This document shows, piece by piece, positions 27,064 to 38,500 of a stretch of DNA of 64,000 nt; within the stretch, counting starts at the first letter, position 1, and each line of letters begins with the position of its first letter. Under the pieces are notes generated by a model. The model saw nothing but the letters and a program-made list of their open reading frames with translations, was not told the origin of the DNA and did not search any database. The position numbers were made by a program, and so were the translations under genes. The DNA is from Takakia lepidozioides (Eukaryota; Plantae; Bryophyta): NCBI GenBank assembly GCA_030704615.1, contig CM060734.1, forward strand, positions 45,384,001-45,448,000, read 5' to 3'.

Positions 27064-27360
27064 AACTTCCACCTTTTGTATTTCAGCAATGGGTAGAGCA
27101 ATGATACGAGCCAGAACCTGCCCCTTCTTAATAGTCATAGGGAAGCGCTCTGGATCAGCAACCAAAATCTTGACTTCTTGCCTATATCATTTATCTATAA
27201 CACCAGTGGCCACCAGGCAATGTTTAAGGGCAGTCAGTCTCCTCCACCCCTCAACTTCAAGGAAATGAGCAGCTGGACATAAGAAGGCAAGACCAGACTT
27301 AACCACCTTCTGGGTCATGGCAGGGATGGTGATGTTGAGAGGTGCACGAATCAGAGTAGA
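27064..27360 (-). pseudogene. dUTPase-like domain within Gypsy pol (between PR and RT)
   Basis: STLIRAPLNITIPAMTQKVVKSGLAFLCPAAHFLEVEGWRRLTALKHCLVATGVIDK*YRQEVKILVADPERFPMTIKKGQVLARIIALPIAEIQKVEV is colinear with trimeric dUTPases (GVIDxxYRGE motif III, IKKG..IAQL motif IV). One TGA at 27189-27187. Confidence 0.75.
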
Positions 27361-27416
27361 GTTCTTTGGAATAGCTATGGGTACCCCTGTTTACCCCCAA
27401 CACTGGGAACATGCCA

Positions 27417-28870
27417 CTAATATAAGAGTTGAAGATCAGGCTGAAACTTGTAGAAGTCATTCCAATTGAGGTTGGAGTGAGAGTTCTGCTGTACCTCCTT
27501 TACCACGGCCTGAACTCTGCATAGCTTGGCTGTAACAGACCCAGCTTTGATCTTCACTGCTTTCAAGGGAACCACTACTTCATATCCTTCTCCATTGTTA
27601 AAGCGAAGGGAGTAGTCTGCTAAGCTGATGGTGGCACCAGCTCCAATCATCCAGTCAAGGCCTAGTAGGAATTGATCTCCAATGGTAACTATGCAGGTAA
27701 CCACAACATTTTTTTATGAATTTTGATGGGTACAGTGACTAATCCTAGGGGCTCATACCTGGATCCATCTGCAATTAGTACCTCAATACCTGTGGCAGGG
27801 CATAGTTTAAGACCAAGAACTCTTACAACACTTAAAGGTATAGCAGATATAGTGCATCGAGTATCAACCACACATGGAAAGCTGAGCTCGTGGATATGGC
27901 ATTGGGCCATGAGGGGACTGATCTGCTGGCCAGCAGTCTGTCTACTGAGAGGACAATGCAAAGCTTTAAAGTTAGTAGATAAAACAGCTTGAATTGGAAC
28001 ATGAGAAGTAGGGTTGGTAGATGATGGAACTCTTGCCCCCTTCCCAAGAGCTAGTTTAAAAGAGAGGAAGAGCCACTAGCTGCCTTCTTATTCTTGATCA
28101 GTTCTGGTAGCCCTGCTCTGTCTGTCCAGTGTTCAAAGGAACCACAAATGTAACAGGTAGCACGATTACCCTCATAGGCTTGTCCAGTCTGGGTTCGACC
28201 TCTATTGTTACCACCTGTTTGTCCTTGGCCATGTCGAGGCTGCCACCTCCGTTGATGAGCCTGCATGGCAGCAAACTGAGTAGCCACAGACTCACTAAGA
28301 CTTCCTACAATATTAGCCAATCCTTGAAGAGTAAAGTCATCAGCTTTGCATTGCATAGTAGGAGGAACATAGGGTGATGATGTTGCAGACAGGCCAAGCT
28401 CTGAGCCCATTGGAGCTTGAAACTTGACATGATGTTGCATTGATTTGCTGTCAGCCAAGTCAGCCATCTTAAGATTAACTTCTGCTAACATAGTCTTGTC
28501 ATTGACAAAACGACGTCGCTGAGCCCAATTCTGAATAGTGGAAGGCAACCCAAGGAGAAAACACCTCTTAATCATACGATCACTCTCTGCTGGGTCTATG
28601 ATATTTTCAACAATAGCAAATTTGAGATCCATGTAATACTTCCACAATGACTCCCCAGGTTGGTAAGTCCTGGTAGATAGCTTGGTAAAGCAATCCAAAG
28701 GCCTCTTAGGAGGTTTGAACAAGGTCTTTGCCCATTCCATCAGAGTTGTCTAGTTGAGGCTGGGATCATCCATGACAGCTGCATGCAACAAGTCACGAGT
28801 TGGTCCCTTCATGCTCATCCTAAAGATCGCCATCATGAAATTCTCAGGCACTCATTTACACTAGCAATGA
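27417..28870 (-). pseudogene. Gypsy gag and aspartic protease (frameshifted)
   Basis: Gag YQPGESLWKYY and FLLGLP, degenerate knuckle CYICGSFEHW; protease VVDTRC (DTG-like) and FLLGLDW. Confidence 0.8.
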
Positions 28871-31404
28871 CCTCAAACATCTGAAGATATCTATCAAAGT
28901 CTTTTCCCATGGTATATTCTGGGTTGAGTAGTCAGCTGAGGGATCAAGTGACAAGACAAACTATGGTTGATGTGACCAGGGAGGACAGACACATGAGTAG
29001 GGCAACAGGGAACCATGGGAGCAGCACTACCATGCACATATCCAATATTAGATGCAAAATTATAACTCATATTATTATTGCTGGCTGATCCTACAGCAGT
29101 GGAAGTTGGCAGATGTGATGCCACCATGCCCATGGGGAGAGCAGGTGATACCACATTTGGCTGAGCAGAAGGGTAGGTCGACTGCAAGTGGGTTTGTGGC
29201 ATTCCACTCATGGAAAGAGTGGATGCCACTCCCACAAGTTGTATTGACACTGATCCTATACTGCTAGGAGGGATATTGCTAACATGCATACCTATGGACT
29301 GGCTAGAAACAAGGTGTGGTGGCACCCCAGCCTGTGGAGCAGGGAGAGCCCCCACTGATTGACCTGTGATGGCAGGAGTCGAAGCAGCAGATACACTAGA
29401 GGGCCCTTGCATCATGATACCCCCACCTTGAACAACACCATGCACATTCATCACATGAAAACTGCCCACATGCATACTCGAATTTGCAGGCAACAAATTC
29501 CCTCCCTCGAGAGTGGGACTGGGGAAATTCACAACAGGCAGCACACTAGGACTCAAGTTAGCAACCTGGGCCGGCATACTACTCGCAATAGCCCGAGGTC
29601 CGAAACTAACCCGATTCTGCCTTGTCCATGACCAGATCGCACCATGGGCTCACTACCTTGAACCTCCATGGCTCCACTAATCTAAGTAGGAAAAATTGTG
29701 GGGTTTGCCACCCCCGATTCCATGGGCAAAACAAGAGAGCCCTCCTTATCTATCCTCACGATACCATCATCATGCAACAGTTCTAAGTCCTCCTCAAAAT
29801 TACCAAAGTCCAAGGAAACTTCATCAATCAAGGTATTAACTGCCTGGAGGTTGTCCGACTCCCCACTTACATCAGGCATGCCTCTGCCAGGCGGCCCGAG
29901 TGGCTCTTGTGAACCAGACATGAACTTCTGTCTACCAGATCGCAACCAAGAACTTGCAGATGTGTTTAGCATGCAAAAACAAGGACAATCGTGGAAAAGA
30001 AAGAACCTCTAAGCCGTCGGGATGAGCAGCCGCGGCCTTGGGCTTGGCACCCGTGAAGCTTCGGGAGTCCAGACAGAGCAAGAAAGAAGCTTGAGTAGGT
30101 CGTGAGAACTGGAACCATAAACTGCCAACGCCAACCATTCCCACACTTTCTCGTCCTTAATCCAAAAGCCCACCCGTGTTGTGCCGTTCTCCTCCCATAT
30201 CCGGGACAGTACTGAGGAATTGGGAAAGCTATCCAGGTGATCTGCAACGCGAGGGCAAAGTACACGTTGCTCTTCAAAGCAGGTGCCTGGCAAAATCACG
30301 ATGTCGGACGACTACACATGTAAACTATTTCCCACGAGACCATCCACCAAGTCCATCGTCGTGGGTTTGTAACGACACACCCGGGAGTGAAATCGAAGAG
30401 CTCGTAACAACAAGGCTCTAGAGCCTTCGATTAACAATGAAAACCAAGAGTCTGCTGTCTGTTCGGTCATCAGCCACAGGCCCGACTCACGGCGGACGGA
30501 TAATGGTAAGTGGAGCCCGAGCGCTTCCCAGGCTACCTGCTGATGATGAAGAAGACGAGCCTTGAATACTTCTGGCCGGAAGTGCAGGGAGTTCCTGACA
30601 GCCACGACGGCTCAGGTCTGGCACAACGTACTCTCTCTCCCAAAATCAGAACTAGACCCAGGTCATACAAAAATCGCCTCATGATGACCGTTCAGACGAC
30701 GAGCATCCTCTCGAACAAATGCTTCAAACTTTTCAAACCACTGCACATCCTCTAGAAGCAACTCTCCTAGAGACTCATCATACTCCTGAGAGCACTCAAC
30801 ATCCCTCTCAAACTCTCTCTCTCGTTCTCTCGACCTGGATCATAATAATTATCAAAATTATAGTACTCTGGATCGCAACTATCTAGAGAGCTGGGCGACC
30901 TCTCATCTCTCGGTGACCAGGCCTCGGCCTCATTCACATTAACATCATATCTAGGGCTAGATGAATTCAAATGCACGACAAGACCATGACCATCAGTGCT
31001 GGGTTCAGGCAGGGGTGACACTGGCGAGGCAACAATGCCAAGCAGTGCACGTCGAGAGGGGTTAGTGGCAGCAAGATCAGTCGCTACTGTCAAGGCAGGG
31101 TCAGTCTCAATCTCAAAAACCAAATCAATTTGCACCAACATGCTTTCTCCCTCTCTGCGTGCTACACAGCTAGTACTACGTACTGAGGCCATCGTCCTGC
31201 AACACAACACAATGAGCAGGGTGAGAAAGCAAATACGAAACAGCAGGAGAAAACATCGCAAGGTGGCTGGCCGCCATCAGACAAGACTGATTAGAGAGCA
31301 ACGATCAAAAGATTAGCGCGCAAATCCCTCAACAACCTAATAATGCTGTCAGAGCGGGCAGTAGATGCTAAGACACCTAGACGCTACCCGGCTTCTCTCC
31401 ACCA

Positions 31405-31862
31405 CAAAACGAGCCTGAAGCATATACTCCCTTCCTCTCAAGAAACAAGTTTTCACAACAAAGGGGCAAGCGGAAAGAGCAGGCGATGTGCAAGAGGAGG
31501 ATCAAGCATGAGGATCTGACACACAGAAGCTCTCATCCAAAGCTTGTACACCAAAATCACATATACACTAACACCCGAGTACACCGCCCTGACCTTGTGT
31601 CAGGGCGCCGTCTTTATACAAAAGTCCTAGCTTTAGTTGCCTGCCGCGTGGCGAGGCGTCACAAGCCAAAACCCACGGCGCCACTTTGTAACCCTAGATC
31701 TGATGAAGGGCCAGGATTGAGCCACCAGCCAAAACTAACCCTAACCTAGATATCATTGTAACGGTTTAATGGCATTATACGCCAAAAAATTATACTATGG
31801 ATGTGTATTGCCGTTTGGATGAAACGGGTCATTTCTAGGCTAAGCAAATATGGGCCATCACA
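31405..31862 (-). repeat. 5' LTR of the Gypsy element (458 bp, lacks terminal CA)
   Basis: Starts TGTGATGGCCC and ends ...CGTTTTG, directly abutting the PBS TGGTGGAGAG. Confidence 0.95.
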
Positions 31863-33874
31863 ACCCAAACAACGTGTGGAATTCTCCTCTTTGCAACCAT
31901 CTCAGTCCATGTTCAAGACCCCAAGGAGAGAGTGGGAGAGCTCCAGGGTCGATGTCATAAGTCATATCCATTGATTGGGCCAATTAATTCTCAAATCCGA
32001 GGTAGAGCAGAGAAGGCCCTATCAATCTTATGCCTATATATTGGAATTGTTAAGCAATAAGACATTTCATCAGCATACATTTAGAGCTGCAAGGTGAGGA
32101 AGATTTGACATGGGACTTGCCAGAGGAGCCCAAGTCCAAGTCGCTTAAATCCGGCAAAAAGTACCATCGGATGTTATGCCTAACGTTATAATTTTACATG
32201 GTTTCTAATGTTTTTTGCATTAAATATATTTCCAATCGAAAGGAATGTTGTTCCCATAAGTCATGGCTTGTAGTGTTGAGCAACGCATAGCCCTAATTGG
32301 AGTACGAGTACAAAAAAGTAGACAAACAAGACATGCAAATGATCAAGTTATAGCCCAATCTTTATTTGGCACATACCACCTCAGAAGAAGTGTTTGTAGG
32401 TTCAAATCCACCAATTGGTGTCACAAAAGGTGTCCACCTTTCTGCCGGAAGACAGGCAGTAGCCCTTCGGGGTCAGGAGACACAATAATTTACGCTTCCT
32501 TCGACAGGCACGTCACATATTATTCTTGTAAAAGAGCATAGTCCAGGGCGATATGTTGACTAATCCTCACAACAATCCTACAGCTTGGGGCTCTTCAGCT
32601 CAAACAATATACTCTCTCTAATGATAACGGCAATTTGCCTACAGAATGCCGTTAGTTACAAGAAAGTTAACTTCGAGAAAAACAAAAGAAAAGAAAAGAA
32701 AAGAAAACTTCTCCTGTAACTAACGGCAGCCACTATGCCATTGCACTTTCCACTGTCCGTGACACTGTTGAGGAGTGTAGAAAGAGAGAGAGATGAGTGC
32801 CGTCATGGCTGCGCGCTCTGCTAGGCTCCTCTCTTGTCATTGCTGTCAACAAACTGGAGGCCTCACATCGCGTAGCATGTTAGCAAGCCAAGCTCTGGAG
32901 CTGAAATGGAGTTTCACCATGCGAGTGCAGGGCTCGCGATCCTTGGCAGTGATGGTTCTGAATCTTTCACAGCCTCGATTGATGACGAAAGAAGGTATGG
33001 GAAATCTAATCTTTGGTTTTTATTTGGGCTCTTATGTGGCTCTTTACATCGTGCGCGGAAGCCATCAAGATTCCACATGGGTTTTGAGTGCTGGTACTAC
33101 CTCCATCTTGGTTGAAGATGTTCACTTTATGGTTATGCTGGAGTGTGATTGAAAATTCCGTCGTCCCCATTTAATGAATTCTTCAGTATCCCATGAACCA
33201 TCTGAATTGTGGATAAATTTGTATCTCTGATTTCCTCATGGCAATGAAATGGTACTTGTTAACGTCCGCGGAAAGCTTATGTGACAAGAGAAAGCAAGAA
33301 AAAAGGAAGAAAGAGGGGGCCCTCCACAAGCAGCCCAAAAATAACTAGTGCTTGGTCTTAGAGAGAAAGACAGATGTCTTGACATTGTTTGGTTAAGGCC
33401 ATAGTCCTGTGGGACACTCTGTAATTACTGAAGGTTTTCCTCAAGGTAAGAATGGCAAGGTGAGAGCCCCTGGAAATCCCAGTGCCAGTTGGTGGAGTCT
33501 AAGCGTTTCAAGTGAGATCCTGAATGTCTAGGGCTAGTGACAACAGTAGTGTTATCATTGTCCCATCAGAGTGATAAAGGATAAAGAGAAGATGTATGTT
33601 CATTTGCCGATTTCTTCGGACTTGGCTGTTGCCAACCCTTGAGGTGACCGCGGAAGTGCAATCTTCTCGGAGCCAGTTCTGGGAATCTGACCACCCTGGT
33701 ATGGAAGGTCAGCCTGCAAACACCCTAGTTCGGAAGGACAATGCAGTTCGAGTGAATTGAGTGAGTTGTTCACACTAGAAGATGGTGCCAAAAGCATTCT
33801 GCTACTCTAGCCCATAAACCGACACAATTGATATTGATGACATATGAGAAATGGAAAATGGCGAAACGAACAAA

Positions 33875-34800
33875 AGAAAGAAAGAAAGAAAGAAAGAATA
33901 TATATTGCGTCTCTGGGAGAGAGAATGCACTCATAAGACTTTGATTGCCGTAGCCTTGTGGCCATAGACCCCACGTCCAGTTTGGACAGAAACATAGGGA
34001 AGAGAAACCACCTTTGTGGAGGGCTCACTCTGGTAGTGTGACTTAGCTTGGTAAAGACAATTAGTTTGGGCTTTCCTGATATCCTCTAGCAAACCCTTCA
34101 CACAAGCATCAATTCTGCAGTGTGTGAGTAGCCTAATAGCTAGAACCCAACAGGGCCAGGGCTTCAGGCTCAGCCTCGAGTTTTCAAAGTTGGTGAACAG
34201 AGGTGCAGGAACATGTTCTTGATGTTCCTGAAGAGAATGTACTCATAAGACGTTGTTTGCCGTAGCCTTGTGGCCATTGACCCCACGCCCAGTTTGAGCG
34301 GAACACAAAGGGACAGAACCTACCTCTGTCAGGGGCTGATGTTCCTGAAGAGAGAGATAGAGAGAGAGAAATTTATCACGTCCGCGAATGGCCCCAGGGA
34401 AACAGAAACCATAGAACGGCTTTGGCACTGTGACAAAACAGAACCAAAGAATTACTTAAATGTGGCCTGAAGGTGGAGTGCCTCATGCAGGTAGGAGGCC
34501 AGGCAGTTTAGATATTCATAGCTAAGGGCCTTGGCCAGTGTGAGTGGATCTCTAAAGAAGAAATGATCCTTGGTCATCCCTAAGATCCAGGTCAGTTAGG
34601 AGCTGCTAAGTCCATGTTCAAGCATGAGCACTTCTCCACACTTCTCAGAGACTGAAGCTATTGGATTATAGAGTCTGAGGCTCACTTTCTTGTAGTCTTT
34701 GCACACTCTGTCAGGTCAAGGGATCCACAACGAGCGGCTTGGGCAGGTGTTCTTGTCAGATCCTGCACTGTGGTGGGACAACAGGTTTGCTAAGGTAAAA
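33875..34800 (-). mobile_element. cluster of truncated RTE/RTE-X-like LINE 3' ends
   Basis: A ~105-bp repeat occurs at ~33920-34026 and 34231-34337, the second flanked by the 17-bp direct repeat TGATGTTCCTGAAGAGA. (TTTC)n and (CT)n tails are present. Minus strand 34452-34570 reads HFFFRDPLTLAKALSYEYLNCLASYLHEALHL, preceded by IP.PDRVCK. Confidence 0.55.
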
Positions 34801-35504
34801 TATTTCTCATCTAGGACGATACAGTGCTTGTCAAAGAGTGTCTTGTGATGGAAGCTGTTATGATGATAATTTTTGGACTGGATTGTATCTTCCATGGGTC
34901 AAATTACTGACAGTCTTACTCCAAACGTGGCAATTCAGTCCTTATTGTTACTATGTAAAGCTTTTGCATGTTCTTTGATCAAATACTTGGAGCTTTAGTA
35001 GGTTGTAGCCTGGTCTGGATGAAGTGCTGATTTTAGCTATGGTTGCTCATGTGCCAACTGCTTGTTTGTGGAGAAGAGTCCAAGATCACCAGACTTGCGT
35101 TATAGGCGATTAAAGGAGGTCCTATGGATCGAGGCTTGGTCGAACCCTCTGCGGGTGAACGTGGAACTATTTCCCATGATAAAAGGTCATTTACAATTTG
35201 TTGATGGTTCTAATCTCGTTGTACACCATGGAGCTCCAGGCCAAGAATACACCGGGTATTGTTTTGGTGATGAGTTGAAGGTTCCAACCCAAAGGAATAG
35301 AGTTGGTACAGGTTATTCTTAGAGTATATCACTGCAGTAGTTTCAAACCCAGATCCCTTTGCACAGATGTGCTCTTTGAGTCCTTATGAAAGGAGTTAAA
35401 GCAGTCGTTGCAAAGGGATCTTTCTTTGCAGTATCTAGTAGATTTGAGAAGTATGTGTGATATATGATGTAAAAGTTTGTAACTAATCGCTTTTAGCCTG
35501 CAGG

Positions 35505-38500
35505 ATGAAATGGGCCAAATTGTTGGAGCTCGACACTTCCAGCATGACAACTCATCATGCAGAGGGACTGAGAGAGGGAGTCAACCAAAATCCTTTGGAT
35601 GCTTGTCAGGATGTGAGGACACTACGGAAGGCAGGACGACTGAAGGAGTTGCTGCAAAATTTTAACCAGCCAGAAATTCCAGCAGACTCCAATATTTATG
35701 TGCGTCTCTTACAGGAATGCATCAAAGTGAAAGACCTTGAAACGGGAAGGCAGGTGCATGCCCACATGATCCAAAGTGGTTTCAGATCAAACATCTTCCT
35801 ATCCACCACCCTTGTCAACATGTATGCCAAGTGTAGGAGCCTGCTGGATGCACGCCAAGTGTTTGACGAAATGCCTGAACGAGATGTGTTTACGTGGACT
35901 ATGATGGTGGCCGGATACGCCAAGCATGGGTGTGGTAAGGAGGCTTTTGAGATCTATGAGCAAATGATGCGGGAAGGGGTCACACCTAACAAGGTGACAT
36001 TCATTTGTGTTCTCAACGCCTGTGCCAGCCTAGGAGCCCTGGAAAAGGGTAAAAAGGTCCATGCTGACATCGTCAAAGCTGGAATTACATCGTATGTAAA
36101 TTTGGAGAATACCCTTGTTGACATGTATGGCAAATGTGGGAGCATGGAGGATGCGCGTCAAGTGTTTGACAATATGGTTGAAAGAGATGTGGTCTCATGG
36201 AATGCCTTGATTGCAGGATATGCTCAGCATGAGGGTGGTGGGGAGGCTTTTGAGATATATGAGCAAATGATATGCAAAGGGGTGACACCCAACAGGGTCA
36301 CATTCATTTGTGTTCTCAATGCGTGTACGAGGCTAGGATCGCTTGAAAAAGGCAAAGAGATTCATGCTAACATTATGAAAGCTGGATTTGCAACAAATGT
36401 AACTTTAGAGAATGCCCTTGTGAACATGTATGCCAAATGCGGGAGCATGAAGGCTGCACTTCAAGTGTTCCACAATATGGCCGAACAAGATGTGGTCTCA
36501 TGGAATGCCCTGATTGCCGGGTATGCTCACCATGGGTGTGGTAGGGAGGCTTTCGAGATCTATGAGCAAATGCAACAGGAAGGCGTGATGCCTGACAAAG
36601 TCACGTTCGTTTCTGTTCTCAATGGATGTGCCAGCCTAGGATCCCTGGAGAAGGGCCAGCAGGTTCATACAGACATCACCAAGGCTGGAATTGTGCCAGA
36701 TGTAATTCTGGAGACTGCGCTTGCTGACATGTATGCCAAATGTGGGAGCTTAAAGGATGCACGCCAAGTGTTTGATAATACAGCTAAACGGAATGTGATT
36801 TCATGGAATGGGATGATTGCAGGATACGCTCAGCATGGATGTGGTAGGGAGGCTCTTGAGATGTATGATCAAATGCAACGAGAAGGGGTGACACCCAACA
36901 GGGTCACGTTCACTTGTGTGGTTAATGCGTGTGCTAGCCTAGGTGCCCTGGAAAGAGGAAAAGAGATCCATGCTGATATCAAGAAAGCTGGAATTGCGCT
37001 AGATATTGTTCTTGAGACTGCTCTTACTGACATGTATTCCAAATGTGGAAGTATGAAGGATGCATGTCAAGTATTCGACAACATGGCTCAACAAGACGTT
37101 GTGTCATGGAGTGTGATGATCACAGGATATGCTCAGCATGGGTATGGTATGGAAGCTATCAAGATCTATGAGCACATGCAACGGGAAGGGCTCACACCGG
37201 ACAGGGTCACATTTATTTGTGTTCTCAATGCGTGTGCCACCCTGGCCGCCCTGGAGAAGGGCAAAGATGTGCATGCTGACATCATCAAAGCTGGAATAGC
37301 GCCAGATATCATTGTGGAAGGTGCCCTTCTCAAAATGTATGCCAAATGTGGGAACATGAAGGATGCACATCAAGTGTTTGATAATATGGCTGAGCGAGAC
37401 GTGGTGGCGTGGAGTGTGATGATTGCAGGATATGCCCAGCATGGGTGTGGTAGGGAGGCTCTACAGATCTATGAGCAAATGCAATGGGCAGGGGTGACAC
37501 CTGACAGGGTCTTGTTCATATGCGTACTTAATGTGTGTGCCAGCCTAGTAGCCCTGGAAAAGGGTAAAGAGGTCCATGCTGAGATCATGAAAGCTGGAAT
37601 TGTGCCAGATCTCATTCTGGAAACTGCCCTTGTAGAAATGTATGCCAAGTGTGGGAACATTAAGGATGCCCGTCAATTGTTCGATAATATGGCTCAACGA
37701 GATGTAGTCTCATGGAGTGCGATGATAGCAGGATATGCTCAGCATGGGTATGGTAGGGAAGCTTTTGACATCTATGAGCAAATGCAATGCGAAGGGGTGA
37801 CACCCGACAGGGTGACCTTCATATGCATTCTTAATGCATGCGCCGGCTTGGCAGCCTTGGAAAAGGGTGAAGAGGTGCATGCTGACATCATAAAAAATGG
37901 GATTGTGCCAGATGTCATTCTGGATACTGCCCTTGCTGACATGTATGTCAAATGTGGGAGCATGAAAGATGCACGTCAAGTGTTCTGTAACATGGCTGAA
38001 CGAAATGTGGTCGCATGGAACGCAATGATTGCAGGATGTGCCCAGCATGGGTGTGGTAGGGAGGCCCTTCGACTATTTGAAGAAATGCAACAGGAAGGCT
38101 TGAAGCCAAATGGTATCACCTTTGTATCTCTTCTCTCTGCATGTAGCCATGTGGGCCTAGTGGAGGAAGGCTGTCAATACTTTGATACCATGGGTCGAGA
38201 CCACAGTCTCACCCCTACATTGGAGCATTTCTGCTGTGTGGTGGACCTTCTTGGGCGTGCAGGGCGGTTGGATGAGGCAGAGAACTTCATTCACAACATG
38301 CCAATCAAACCAGATGCTCGGGTGTGGAGGGCCTTGCTTGGTGCATGCAGGATTCATGGTGATGTGGAGGTAGCAGAACGTGCGGCAAAAGGTGTTGTGA
38401 AGAGTGATCCACAGCACACTGCAGCTTATGTGCTACTATCTAACATCTACGCTGCGGCTGGCAGGTGGGATGACAAAGCAAAAGTGAGGAAACAGATGCA

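Larger units (their letters stand above)
23037..31862 (-). mobile_element. full-length, degenerate Ty3/Gypsy LTR retrotransposon
   Basis: 458-bp direct repeats at 23047-23504 and 31405-31862 (about 20 mismatches by manual count), TG...CA outer termini, and a 4-bp TSD ACCC (23033-23036, 31863-31866). PBS TGGTGGAGA at 31404-31396 and a G-rich PPT at ~23517-23524. Domain order gag-PR-dUTPase-like-RT-RH-INT. Confidence 0.95.
22500..32150 (-). mobile_element. decayed L1-like LINE RT remnant, split by the Gypsy element (parts ~22500-23036 and 31863-32150)
   Basis: YADE (YADD-like) near 32070. Joining across the ACCC TSD restores STRCLGISFGLD...LKAKLTYWSLAMFSIVGRVLVLNQVLTSSIWF...NFLWGG, the L1 RT thumb region. 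Confidence 0.75.

Noticed and set aside
35696-38417. Multiple antisense and alternate-frame ORFs repeating with a 303-bp period (also 48285-50265)
   Set aside because: These are shadows of the PPR repeat codon structure, not independent genes.
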